A stretch of 62,815 nt of DNA, counting the filler, from Pirum gemmata (lineage: Eukaryota), in the NCBI GenBank assembly GCA_002812295.1. It is 17 parts of 17 records of this genome, joined end to end, with 100 filler letters (N's around TTAATTAATTAA, not from the genome) between each part and the next. Parts side by side here need not be neighbours in the genome. Positions count along the whole stretch, not along the records: positions 20,538 to 24,017 come from PDIN01002487.1; positions 24,118 to 27,583 come from PDIN01002488.1; positions 27,684 to 31,126 come from PDIN01002489.1; positions 31,227 to 34,741 come from PDIN01002490.1; positions 34,842 to 38,335 come from PDIN01002491.1; 12 more parts are not named here. One strand, given 5' to 3'. The notes under the pieces are model-generated. The model ran no database searches. It saw only the letters and a list, made by a program, of their open reading frames with translations, and was not told the origin of the DNA. The translations under genes were made by a program, and so were the position numbers. How positions within the stretch are numbered: the stretch's first letter is position 1; each line of letters opens with the position of its first letter. Shown one piece after another: positions 23,976-36,554 of this stretch.

Positions 23976-26201
23976 ATTATTATTATTTACATTATTATTA
24001 ATTATAATATATATTAANNNNNNNNNNNNNNNNNNNNNNNNNNNNNNNNNNNNNNNNNNNNTTAATTAATTAANNNNNNNNNNNNNNNNNNNNNNNNNNN
24101 NNNNNNNNNNNNNNNNNAATAAGAATAAGAATAAGAATAAGAATAAGAATAAGAATAAGAATAAGAATAAGAATAAGAATAAGAATAAGAATAATGATAA
24201 TGATAATAAGTTAATAGACGCCCCATTTTATTCCGTAGTAACTCTTGTATTGGTTTTTATTTTGCTTCATTATTCTATTATATAAGTTGATAAAGTGTTT
24301 ATTTTGAGGGATTGTTTTACAATAAGTTTCATGGGTAGTACCAAAACTCTGTGCACCTCTGTACCATAACTTCAATTTCTTAGACCTAAGTATAGGGTTA
24401 ACTAGGATTCAGGTAAGGCCAGTCCGCCAGGAATAGAATTAGCATTAGCTTTTGGGTCAATCTCTCGGTTACTATCTATATCATACAGCGACATCATAGT
24501 GTGAATGTGTAACCTGATGAGACCACTCTGCTTATCTATAACCCTCTATCGATATCATACATGATCATTATGATAGCTCTTTGCTACTAGCTAGCTAGAC
24601 TAGTAGTAGTAGTAGCTACTACTATCTATGATACCTATCGATACTATCGTAGACTAGTTTTAATTTTTTTTAAAAAAAGACTGTCTACTATTTTCTGGTC
24701 TACTGCACTTACACTGACTGCCCAGACTCCAGATTTCATGTGCAGATTTAGTAAATTTCCCCTAGCTAGAGAGCCCAGTGTAGTAGTAAATTTCACTGCC
24801 AATTTTTCCTTACTAAGCTAGCTAGCTAGCTAGCTGTCAAGAATCAAGGTACCACCAATATCAGATAGTCAAATTCCGCTAAGGTGACCTGTGAGATCTG
24901 TGAGTGTGAGATGTACTCGTGAGGTTGTGGAAACTTGTGGCTAACCCTTCTTTATATATATAAAAAATTACTAGTCTATGTGGGTTTTTTCGTAAAATGA
25001 AAGGTATCGAAACTATCGAGTGAAGTTGTGAACTTGTGGTTCTCCCGGTTCTTGGACTAGCTAGCTAGCTAGTAGAGTAGACTATCGGTCAATAGTAGAG
25101 GTCTTTGAACTATCTAGATGGTTAGCTACTACTATGATAGAGCTATCAAGATATCGATAGTAGAGTAACGATATTCATGCTACTATCCATAGCTAGCTTG
25201 AAAGTTGAAAGTTGAAAGTTGAAAGTTGAAAGTTGAAAGTTGAAAGAAAACCTCTACGGCCTGTATGTACGCTATTACTATCATAATAATTATTATGATA
25301 TTACTAGCTAGCTAGCTACTAGTAGCTATGCATTAGCAGAAAGAAAACTGAAAGAAACCAGTATCATAAGAAACAGAAACCTGTCTAAAAAAGAGAAACG
25401 AGAGAAAAAATACCATAATTGGAAAAAATGTGATTTATAGTATTTCACACAATGATCACTCAATGGCCCAGCCGTAATAAAAATATTTTTAGATATTGCT
25501 AAAACCAAAAAAGTATCATATCATACTAAAAAGCATTATATAATGATGAACATGGCTACTAGCTAGCTAGCTAGCTAGCTAACTAGCTGGTATGATGAAC
25601 TATTGATGTAAATTCATGTATGATAATGATGTTGCTATTAGATAGGTCTAGCTAGTAGAGCCTTTGCTGACCAGTTTGCTGACCCCAATGCTGAGTACTA
25701 ACAGTGTAGACCTACTAACTATAGCGTACAGCACGCAGCTGTACGCAGTAAATACTCCTAGCTAGCTAGATAGCTAGATAGATAGTAGATTCCTAGAGCT
25801 ATTCCTAGCTAGCTAGCTAGTAGCTACTACTAGCTAGTAGATGAATATTATTATGATGTGATAGCTATTGATATCACACTCTATAATAATATTCATCTCT
25901 AGCTAGCTAGCTAGCTATAGCTCTAGCTATCATATCATATTATTATATGACATAGTTATCATAATATTATCATATCATAATATTTTTTTAAATATGATAC
26001 ATAATATCGATATCATAAATTCATAATAAATTATGGTTTTTAAAATATAAGATACCATTTGTTTATTTATTAGTATCATTTATTTATTTATTATTATATG
26101 ATATTTATTTATTGTGTGATATTTATATAATTTAATATGATATAATATATAAATAATTTTTTCCTGTATCATATCATAACAATCTTTTCAAATATAGAAT
26201 A

Positions 26202-27547
26202 ATGAATAGCGAAACATCCCTACACAGTGATACATCGATAACGTTCACTAATAATGATGAGGAAAATTCAAACTCTTCTAAAGTAGAAAAGCGCACTTCT
26301 ACTTTAAAATTTTTGTTGTCTTCTTCCAATTTGGAGGACGGTGACGAAGAAGACTCAGGTATATAGATATTTGACTTAAGTTTTAAATTGTATTTTTGCT
26401 AGTTACAACAAGTTAACAACTGTCCCATTTTTTTGTCAAAATCTTAAATCTCTTACATCTTTCACATTTGAAAATTTTCTGTCACTATTTCCGTCTTAAA
26501 TTTGTATGAAATTGTTAAAGCGTGTATTTTAAAAGGAGAATAAATTCAAACAAAATGGTTTGAAAATTCCTTAGTTCATTTTATTTTTTAAAAAAAAAAA
26601 AATAAGATTTTGACAAAAAAAAATAAGAATAGTAATACATTTTAATTTTTATTTTGAGTTTTCTCTTTTGCTTTTTCATTGTTTGTATTATTCCTTTTTG
26701 ATCTTTATTTTAGTACGACCAAATTTCTTTTTACTTTATATAAGGAAAATTTCTTTTTACTTTAAATAAGGAAAATGAAACTCAAGTTTATTGCGATATC
26801 TATTTGATTGCACATTGATATATTTCATTTGCAGTAGTAGTAGTAGTGGTAGTAAGGGTAGTAGTCTATTTGATTGCACATTGATATATTTCATTTGCTA
26901 AAATTTTGTAGGTTCTGATGAAGATTTGAGCGTTTTCCGTGCCCTACCTTCTTTTGGATTAAAAAAAACTGGGATTAGTAAACAAGATGAAACTGAACGT
27001 TTTATTAAATCTGCACATATTCAGCGCATGCCAGTAAGTCCTTTCTTTAAATCTTCACTTTAATTTGTTCATGTGCGAAATTGCAAAATTCGTTTTTTTT
27101 GTATCCAAAAAATTTAGTACTCAATATGTACAATAGTGTAATATACAACTAGCAAAGTAAATTATATATTTTTTATTGTATTACTTAATAAACTTGGTTG
27201 GGACTGGAATTAGCTTAATTTCGTATTAACCATATAATTATCATATATATATCCTGTTCGAATAACTAAAAGTCTACGCTACCTGCAGCAGAAGAGGATT
27301 CTTCTACAACTTTCCGCCGCTTGAAGATAAATACTACACAAGAGGTACTTTTGTTGTTGTTGCTATTGACTTTAGAAGGTGAAGATACATTTTATTAAAG
27401 ATTGAAAATTCACCTGTGCTTAAAAATATCTATTTTTTCCTATATATTTAATAAGATTGCTATCTCAGAGGAACAAGTGGATATAGGGAAATGTCTTTTG
27501 AATTTTTTGAGTTTAAGAAGAGATTATATGAAACAAAGTCTTCAATC
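26202..27547 (+). CDS. AMPD: AMP deaminase, 5' exons (26202-26358, 26912-27033, 27273-27344, 27456-27547), truncated by contig end
   Basis: Four phase-compatible GT-AG exons ending TFRRLKINTTQE|IAISEEQVDIGKCLLNFLSLRRDYMKQSLQS, matching the AMPD N-terminal 'FQRV.I...AL.+R.KYM..S.Q' segment. Missed by the ORF track. Confidence 0.75.
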
Positions 27548-27945
27548 GTATTTACACATTATATAGTAATAACGATTTTTTTTNNNNNNNNNNNNNNNNN
27601 NNNNNNNNNNNNNNNNNNNNNNNNNNNTTAATTAATTAANNNNNNNNNNNNNNNNNNNNNNNNNNNNNNNNNNNNNNNNNNNNAGATTATAACCATCCAA
27701 ATAAATATTCGGAGTGAAAAAATAAATGAAATGCACGATAATATATTTAATTAAGTATCACTTATGTATAGCGATTTTCATTTATTTTGTCATTCCGAAT
27801 GTTTATTTGGTTGGTTATAATTTTTTAATTGTCATTGTTAAATGAACAAATGGATAATAAAATATACTAAATTAAATGAAATGGATTTATATTAATATTG
27901 TATTAATTATAATTTAGTATTAATACTCTTTATTGTATATTTTAT

Positions 27946-28092
27946 GTTAGGGTTAGGGTTAGCTAGGGTTAGGGTTAGGGTTAGGGTTAGGGTTAGGGCG
28001 GGTTAGGGTTAGGGTTAGGGTTAGGGTGGGTTAGGGTTAGGGTTAGGGTTAGGGTTAGGGTTATAACGTTAGGGTTAGGGGTTAGGGTTAGG
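27946..28092. repeat. Interstitial (TTAGGG)n array abutting a truncated family A MITE
   Basis: MITE sequence stops at ...tatattttatg and TTAGGG begins immediately. Confidence 0.9.
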
Positions 28093-28264
28093 ACACGATA
28101 TACTATATTATATTATTATATAAATGCTGACCCTAACCCTTATAAATTATTACTCTTTTAATAATTAAAATTACCTTACCCTTATTCTAATTTTAAAACC
28201 TAAACCTAGCCTTAACAATATTTATAATGATAAACCTAACTTTAATCCTATAGTTACTTATATA

Positions 28265-28368
<104 letters not shown>

Positions 28369-28577
28369 ACTGGTTGTAATAATAGTAGTAGTAGTGGTGG
28401 TTGGGTCTACTACTAGCTAGCTAGATTGTTGCGAAACTACAATAAAAAAGTAAATTTTTAAAAAATGTTCGTAATAAGAATGAACACACGCAGACACTAG
28501 TCTACGCAGACACTACGTAGACTATGATATCAATATAATTATGCGGCACAATATCATCTGTGGCATCATGTGACAAC

Positions 28578-28745
28578 TAACGCCAATTTCCGGTCAAATA
28601 CAGCTTCAAATACCCCTACCTACCTACCCCTCGACTGGTCAAATACAGCTTCAAATACCCCTGCCAGGGCCTACTACCTACCCCTCGGCGTTATCATAAT
28701 AATAATATCATAATTATTTCCAGTCAAATATATACCACCTACCTT
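28578..28745. repeat. Dispersed repeat family F (taacgccaatttcc..caaatacagcttcaaatacc..ctacctacc)
   Basis: Other copies at 29720-29828 (reverse) and 31325-31433. Confidence 0.8.
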
Positions 28746-29102
28746 TTTACACATCACCCAACTTTTTTCTTAAAAAAGTAATATTATTTATATATTAAGC
28801 AGTTAGATAAATTTGGTTTATTAATTTATAATTTTAGCATTTTAGAAATATGTATACATATATAGGCTATTAGTAGACTATATATAGATAGCTACTTTTC
28901 TTTTTTGTAAACTTTTTGTTCGAAAAAACGAGCATTTGAAACTACTAATTATTTCTAAAGATTTATAGACTACTAACTCTACCAATACTCTATCATACTC
29001 TATCTACCAATAGTAATTAGTTTTTCGATAGTTAACAATTTTGTAGTAAATAAGAAGGAATAATGACGTCATTTTATTACATAGCCGACCCTAGCTACTA
29101 GC

Positions 29103-29367
29103 TAACCCTAACCCTATCAGTAACTCAAACAGCCTCTAACCCTAACCCTAACCAGTTCCTAACTCCTAACCCTAACCAGTCCTAACCCTAACCCTAACCC
29201 TAACCCTAACCCTAACCCTCTCCCTTAACCCTAACCCTAATCCTCTCCCCTAACCCTAACCCTAACCCTAACCCTAACCCTCTCCCCTAACCCTAACCCT
29301 AACCCTCTCCCCTAACCCTAACCCTAACCTTAACCCTAACCCTAACCCTAACCCAATCCTAACCCTA
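29103..29367. repeat. Interstitial (CCCTAA)n array
   Basis: Visible directly, with CCCTCT variants. Confidence 0.9.
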
Positions 29368-32300
29368 GGCTAGCTGACATTTTTAGATTCCTACTGAGTA
29401 TCGTGCTTTTTAGTTGTTTTGTCAATATAAAATATAAAATAAATAATACCAAATTAATGCAACATAAATCCATTTCATTTTATTTGGTATATTTTATTAT
29501 CTATTTGTTCATTTAAAAAAGTCGATTTCAATAATATAACCAACCAAATAAATATTCAGAGTGACAAAAATAAATGAAAAAAATAGGACGCTGGAATTTT
29601 TCAGAATTATTTTTGCCTGGAATTTTTGACTAATTTTTGAGTAATTTTTGAGTAATTTTTGTCGTTTAAATTTTTTTTTTTTAATAATCTTGTGGCGCCT
29701 GAATTTGGTTGCTTTTCTGGTCACGTCAAGGGGTAGGTAGGTAGGTGGTATTTGACCAGAAATTAACGTCGAGGAGTAGATAGGTAGGGATATTTGAAGC
29801 TGTATTTGACTGGAAATTGGCGTTACGTAGTATTTTTTCGCTCCCTTGTTGTGTTGGGTATATATAATCGTTTCAACCAACTATAGTGCTTTTCATTTGT
29901 TTTGTTATCATAAAATATACAATAAAGAGTACCAAATTAATACAATATACATCCATTTAATTTAATTTGGTATATTTTATTATCTATATATTGATTTAAA
30001 AATGTCAATTTAAAGATTATAACCCTCCAAATAAATATTCAGAGTGACAAAATAAATGAAATGCACGATAGTGTTATAATGGTTATTTTCTAGTTGTTTG
30101 TTGATTTTTTAGCTAAATATTATGTATTAATAATAATATTATGATAGCTTCATTATTATTTTATTTATTTATTTATTGTTAATATTGTATTGTATATAAT
30201 AATAATATTTAATATACAGTAATATACTTGCTTTATTAATTGAATTATTATAAATTATTGTTGTATATATTAATATAATTTGTTGCTTTTCTAACTAGTT
30301 TTTATTGTTGCGGTAGTGGTGGTAGTAGTGGTGATGATGAAAGGGGTAGGGGTGAGGATAAAGTGAACATGATATCCTGCTTTCTGTTACTTAGATTATT
30401 TATTTGGTACTTTTAAGTTTATAAACGTGGTTATTTTAAATTGAAATATAAATTATTAAACACGCCAAGTTAATTAAATTGTATCAAATAAATTTGATAT
30501 TTTATTACTGCGTATTCTTTTATGACAAAATAACTGAAAAGCACGAATATAATTATTATAGTGGTTATTACTTTTGTTATTTTTATTTTTTTAAAAAAAC
30601 CTTTTTAATATTATTATAATATAATATTATATATATAGTAATATGATACAATGCTTTCTCTTATAGACTAAATCGTTGTTGTGGTCCAGTTTGTCTGAAT
30701 ACATTGCTAAACACTATTTATCTAGTCTATAGAGTATTTATTAGAAAATGAATTTGTTTACTATTTGTTTACTATTTGTTTGTGAATGTTTGAGATCATT
30801 TTCTTACTATTTCCTTGCACTTTTTTAGAGATTACACCGGGTTCCAAATTAAGTAAAAATATTTAAAAACTGATAAAATTAGAAATTAATATACCAAAAT
30901 TATCTAATTTTCACACATATTTTTTTTTTTAAAAAAAAAGTAAAATGTAAAGTCTGATCCTCTTATTTATTTCATAAAAATAACGAAGTCATCGACTAAA
31001 TAAAGCTTATAAGAGTCTTGTAAGTTGCTTTTATCATCATAAATACAATATTAAAAGGGTACCAAATTGATATAATATGAGTCCATTTCATTTAATTTGG
31101 TATATTTTATTATTCATTTATTCATTNNNNNNNNNNNNNNNNNNNNNNNNNNNNNNNNNNNNNNNNNNNNTTAATTAATTAANNNNNNNNNNNNNNNNNN
31201 NNNNNNNNNNNNNNNNNNNNNNNNNNTTTTAAAAAAAAAAAAATTCTTCTTTATGTAGATCTGGTATCATAGAAAAAAAAAAAAGAAAAATAATTCTAAA
31301 GGAAGTAATTACCTTAAAGGTAGCGTAACGCCAATTTCCGTTCAAGTACAGCTTCAAATACCCCAACCTACCTACCCCTTGACGTTAATTTCCGCTCAAA
31401 TACCGCCTACCTACCTACGCCTTGACGTGACGTATTGTTTGAACTCTCCCTAAACCTAAAGGCTAAGTTACCAGGATGTCATTTATAATAAATCATAGAA
31501 AGGCATCACCAAAAAGTCTAAAAATAAAACACCAACGAATGATGATTATGGGATTAACTTTCTAAAAAATATCACATTTTCCAAACTTTTAACGAATTAA
31601 AACTAATAATTAACAAATTTATCCAATTAAAGTTAATTATATACTTAATCCAAAAATAGAAAAATTAAATTTTTATAATTTATCCAATTAAAGTTAATTA
31701 TATACTTAATCCAAAAATAGAAAAATTTTAAATTTTTATATATAATAATTATAAAAAAAAACAAAATAATTGTTATACATAAAAACTGGTTTACAAGTGA
31801 TTTTGTTGGGGTGCGCGGCTCACATCAAAGTTTCTCAATTATTCTGCTTTTTTTAAAAAAAAATCGAGTTTTCGAGCCTTTGCATTAATTAAATAAGTTC
31901 GAAAATTTTAAGCTAACAGTTAAAGTATTCAAGTATATTTATTTATTCATTTATAAACCCGAAAAAATGGAAAAAATAATTTTCGAACAGGGCTGAATTT
32001 CAGCTTTTTTTTTTCGACAGCAGAAATTCGAGTTTTCGGGCTCGAGCAGAATTGGGAGAGGCTTATTTTGCAGACTTCATGCTGCAGAAAACAAGAAAAA
32101 TGTCTATATATAGACTAGTGCTTTTCAGTTATTTTGTCGTCATAAAATATACAATAAATAGTACCAAATTAATACAATATAAATCCATTTAATTTAATTT
32201 GGTATATTTTATTATCTATTTATTGATTTAAAAATGACAACTTAAAGATTATAACCCTCCAAAATAAATGAAAAGCACGATAGACTAGACTAGAGTGGTT

Positions 32301-33763
32301 GATCGAAAAAACGAGTCCAATTTCTAACCGTTTTTACAGCATTTTTACTACAATCTATGACTATTTATTTATTTTGTCACTCTGAATATTTAATTGGAGG
32401 GTTTTAATCTTTAAATTGACATTTTTAAATCAATAAATAGATAATAAAATATAACAAATTAAATTAAATGGATTTATATTATATTAATTTGGTACTATTT
32501 ATAATATTCAGAGTGACAAAATAAATGAAAAGCACAATAGTAGTATTGTAATAGCAATAGTATTGTGCTTTTCATTTATTTTGTCACTCTGAATATTTAA
32601 AAGCTGACATTTTTAAATGAATAAATACATAATAAAATATACCAAATTAAATGAAATGGATTTATATTGTATTTATTTGGTACTCTTTATTGTATACTTT
32701 ATGATGACAAAACAACTGAAAAGCCACGATAGAAATTTAAACACATCTTTACAGCTTTCGATGCGACAATGTTCTGGGTCTTCTAAACTATCTATCTAAA
32801 GTCTTTCTAAAGAACAAACAAACTATCATAAATAATTATATTACAATATTATAATAGCGTATGGTTTTATCGATATGATATTTTAATACAGGTAAGGTTG
32901 TGTAGAGGGTTTTAAAGGGTAGGTCTAAAGGGTCAAGGTTAGGGTCTAGTACTGGTAAAGCCTAGCTAGCTACTGGTGTAAGGGTCTACACTCTAGCTAG
33001 AGAGGTTTTAGGGTTATCTCAAGGTTTAGGGTTAGGTTTAGGTTTAGGGTTAGGGTTAGGGTTAGGGTTAGGGTTAGGGTTAGGGTTAGGGTGAGTTAGG
33101 GTTAGAGACCAGAGTGAATGGATAGGGTTGGGTTAGGAATTAAAAATAGACTAGCCAGCTACTAGCTAGCTAGTGTGTTTCAGTATCATAAGTGTATCAT
33201 ATATGTTTCAGAACTGTTCCCAACCCCCTAACCCCACCCAAGTATTTATTATATTTATTATATTTATTTATGAATAATAATAAATAAAACTATCATAATG
33301 ATATTATCATAATGTCGTGCTTTTCAGTTATTTTGTCGTCATAAAATATACAATAAATAGTATCAAATTAATACAATATAAATCCTATCATGTTTTTCAA
33401 TAGTGTTGTCTAGTTCAAAAACTGAAATAAACGTATGTCATAAAAAATTATTATTATATGGAATATTATGGTTAAAAAAACTAATGTTTTTAATTAATTT
33501 AGTATTTTATACTTAATTAATGTTGTATTTTATATATAATTTTATTATAAATAAATATCAATATGATATTGTAACTGTTCCTTTTTTTTGCTTTGAATGA
33601 ACACTCTTCATTACAATTTTTATTATTGTTATTATCGCTAGTGGTATTAATAGTGGTAGTGGTAGTGGTGGTAGTGGTAGTGGTAGTAGTGGTAGTGGTA
33701 GTGGTGGCAGTGGTAGTGGTGGTAGTGGTAGTGGTAGTAGTAGTAGTAGTAGTAGTGGTGGTA

Positions 33764-33800
<37 letters not shown>

Positions 33801-33969
33801 NAATGAACACTCTTCATTACAATTTTTATTATTGTTATTATCGCTAGTGGTATTAATAGTGGTAGTGGTAGTGGTGGTAGTGGTAGTGGTAGTAGTGGTA
33901 GTGGTAGTGGTGGCAGTGGTAGTGGTGGTAGTGGTAGTGGTAGTAGTAGTAGTAGTAGTAGTGGTGGTA

Positions 33970-34012
<43 letters not shown>

Positions 34013-34707
34013 CAGTAGTAGTAGTAGTAGTAGTAGTGTAGGCCTTATCTATCTTGTCTAGCTAGAGCTATCGTAGCTAGTATTGTCTATAACCTCTCAC
34101 CAGGTCAATCTTTAATTTGGTATACTATACAGTGCTTTTGAGTTGTTTTGTCATCATAAAATATACAATAAATAGTGCCAAATTAATACAATATGAACCA
34201 TTTAATTTAATTTGGTATATTTTATTATCTATATATTTATTTAAAAGTGTCAATTTAAATATTATAACCCTCTAAATTAATATTTAGAGTGACAAAATAA
34301 ATGAAAAGCACGATACTGTTTAAGTGAACTTGTTTATAAAATACAACTTTTTAAGTAAAAAATACCAAATATTAATTAATTAAAAAAGGGGTTAGGGTTA
34401 GGGTTAGGGTTAGGGTTAGGGTTAGGGTTAGGGTTAGGGTTAGGGTTGAGAGTTTTTGACCTATTTGACGATAGGAAATCTATAGCTGGAGACTGGAGTC
34501 GTGCTTCAGGCCCTCACCGTTGTTTCATTTTTTTTACAGGTGTCCCCTTGGCCTAATTGAAGCATGATGTGGTAGACTATCATGGTAGTCCGAATTCTTG
34601 CCGCGGTAGAAACATGTTTTCACGCAGTCTTTTGACTCTTTTCACGCCCACTTTTTTTTATTCTACCAGTAGTCTAGCTAGTTTAGAGGTCCCCTGCCTT
34701 GCCTCTA

Positions 34708-34741
<34 letters not shown>

Positions 34742-34853
34742 NNNNNNNNNNNNNNNNNNNNNNNNNNNNNNNNNNNNNNNNNNNNTTAATTAATTAANNN
34801 NNNNNNNNNNNNNNNNNNNNNNNNNNNNNNNNNNNNNNNNNAGATATCTACTT

Positions 34854-35086
34854 AGTAGGGGTGAGATATCTACTGGAACTTTTTTCGAACAGATGCTTAT
34901 CGAGCCAACCTTAGTTCCGTGTTCTCTTACTAATAATAGCAGGTAAATAGCTTAAAATAGTAAATCTAATTATAGTATATACCAATTAAAGTAACAATGT
35001 TAACATTAATAGTAATAAAGTCATAAAATCGGAAAAGTTCCGGCAGCTGCTCGGTAATAATAAAATGACGTCATCTCACCCCTAAT
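34854..35086. mobile_element. MITE family B copy
   Basis: AGTAGGGGTGAGAT...ATCTCACCCCTAAT; interior very similar to the 36322, 44402 and 55145 copies. Confidence 0.88.
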
Positions 35087-35604
35087 TAGGACTTTTAGTA
35101 CTAGCTAGCTAGCTAGAGTAGTAGCTAGCGTCGATAGTTTTTTTTTTTTTTAAAAAAAACCTATCATAGTAGCTATAGTACTAGCTAGCTAGCTACTACC
35201 TAGCTAGCTAGCAGCCATCATACAACGCTAGCTCTAGCTAGCTATGATATCATAATTATTATGATAGAGTATGATACTATGAGTATGATAGTCGAGTCTT
35301 CTAAGTACTACTACTAGTAGTAGACCCCTGGGCCTATGTTAAATTATTTATCGATAATAAACTCTACTACTAGCTATTATCATAGAAAACAAATATCTAC
35401 AACAAAAGAACAATACAATTACTCTTTTTTATATCGATAGATTATATATTATACAGCAAGTCACAGCCAACTCACAATCAAATCATTAACTTACACCAAA
35501 TTATTATTTTAAAAACATTTTTAATTTAATTAACTATATAACTATGATATAACCTACTGCTCCTCTTTTTTTAAAAAAAGTAAGACCGAGACAGAGACAG
35601 GAAC

Positions 35605-35812
35605 TTTTTTTTAACAGCCAGGCCGGATAAAAATTAGAAAACATTTTTTTTTTTTAGACTTCTTTTCTAAAAATCTTTAATGCTAACTAGCCAAAAACTT
35701 TTAAAAAACTAGCAATTGGTTCATAATAGAGTTTTCTTAGTCAGACGATTTCTAAACATTTGGTAGCACTTTTATTAAAATTGGATTCTTTTGAGATTTT
35801 TGGATTTTGAGC
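35605..35812. repeat. Dispersed repeat family G
   Basis: Diverged second copy at ~36748-36942 (gccggataaaa...attggttcataata...ctttattaaaattgga). Confidence 0.7.
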
Positions 35813-36109
35813 TCATATGGCGGATGTTGCCATCTTTATCCAGTTTGGTAGTTCAAAAAATAAATAAAATAAAATTTCTCTTTTTTTTTAAAAAAAAAAT
35901 TTAGCTAGTATCGATACTACTGACTCGATAGTCCCACAGAGTCACAGACTCCCACTGACACTCTCTACTCTAGCTAGACTAGCTAGTAGCTAGCTAGAAG
36001 CGTCTACCGGCTCTGGCTCTACTCTTTTTTTTTACTTTATTTTTTTTTATATCATATCATATGGCTAATATTAAATGGTGTGGCTAATCTAAAACTAACA
36101 AAAGGACTT

Positions 36110-36175
<66 letters not shown>

Positions 36176-36321
36176 TAACCACAAAGATTTATATTATTGC
36201 AGTGTAGGAGAAAAACCAATAAACGGTAGCTATGTAATTTTTGGAGCTACTGGCTAGTAGGTCTACTCTACTGGTAGCTACCTAGCTAGCCTACCTAGCT
36301 AGCTAAGTCTGTAGCAGACCC

Positions 36322-36554
36322 AGAAGGGGAGAGATATCTACTGGAACTTTTTTCGAACAGATGCTTATCGAGCCAACCTTAGTTCCGTGTTTCTTACTAA
36401 TAAAAGAAGTTAAATAGCTTAAAATAGTGAATCTAATTATAGTAGATACTAATTAAAGTACTAATATTGCCATTAATAGTAACAAAAACCATAAAATTGG
36501 AAAAGTTCCGGCAGCTGTTCGGTAATAATAAAATGACGTCATCTCACCCCTAAT
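36322..36554. mobile_element. MITE family B copy with 8-bp TSD GCAGACCC
   Basis: gcagaccc at 36314-36321 and 36555-36562 flank AGAAGGGGAGAGAT...ATCTCACCCCTAAT. Confidence 0.92.

Noticed and set aside
33592..34037. Exact ~200-bp tandem duplication
   Set aside because: The copies are separated by a single N and nearly identical; probably an unmerged contig overlap.
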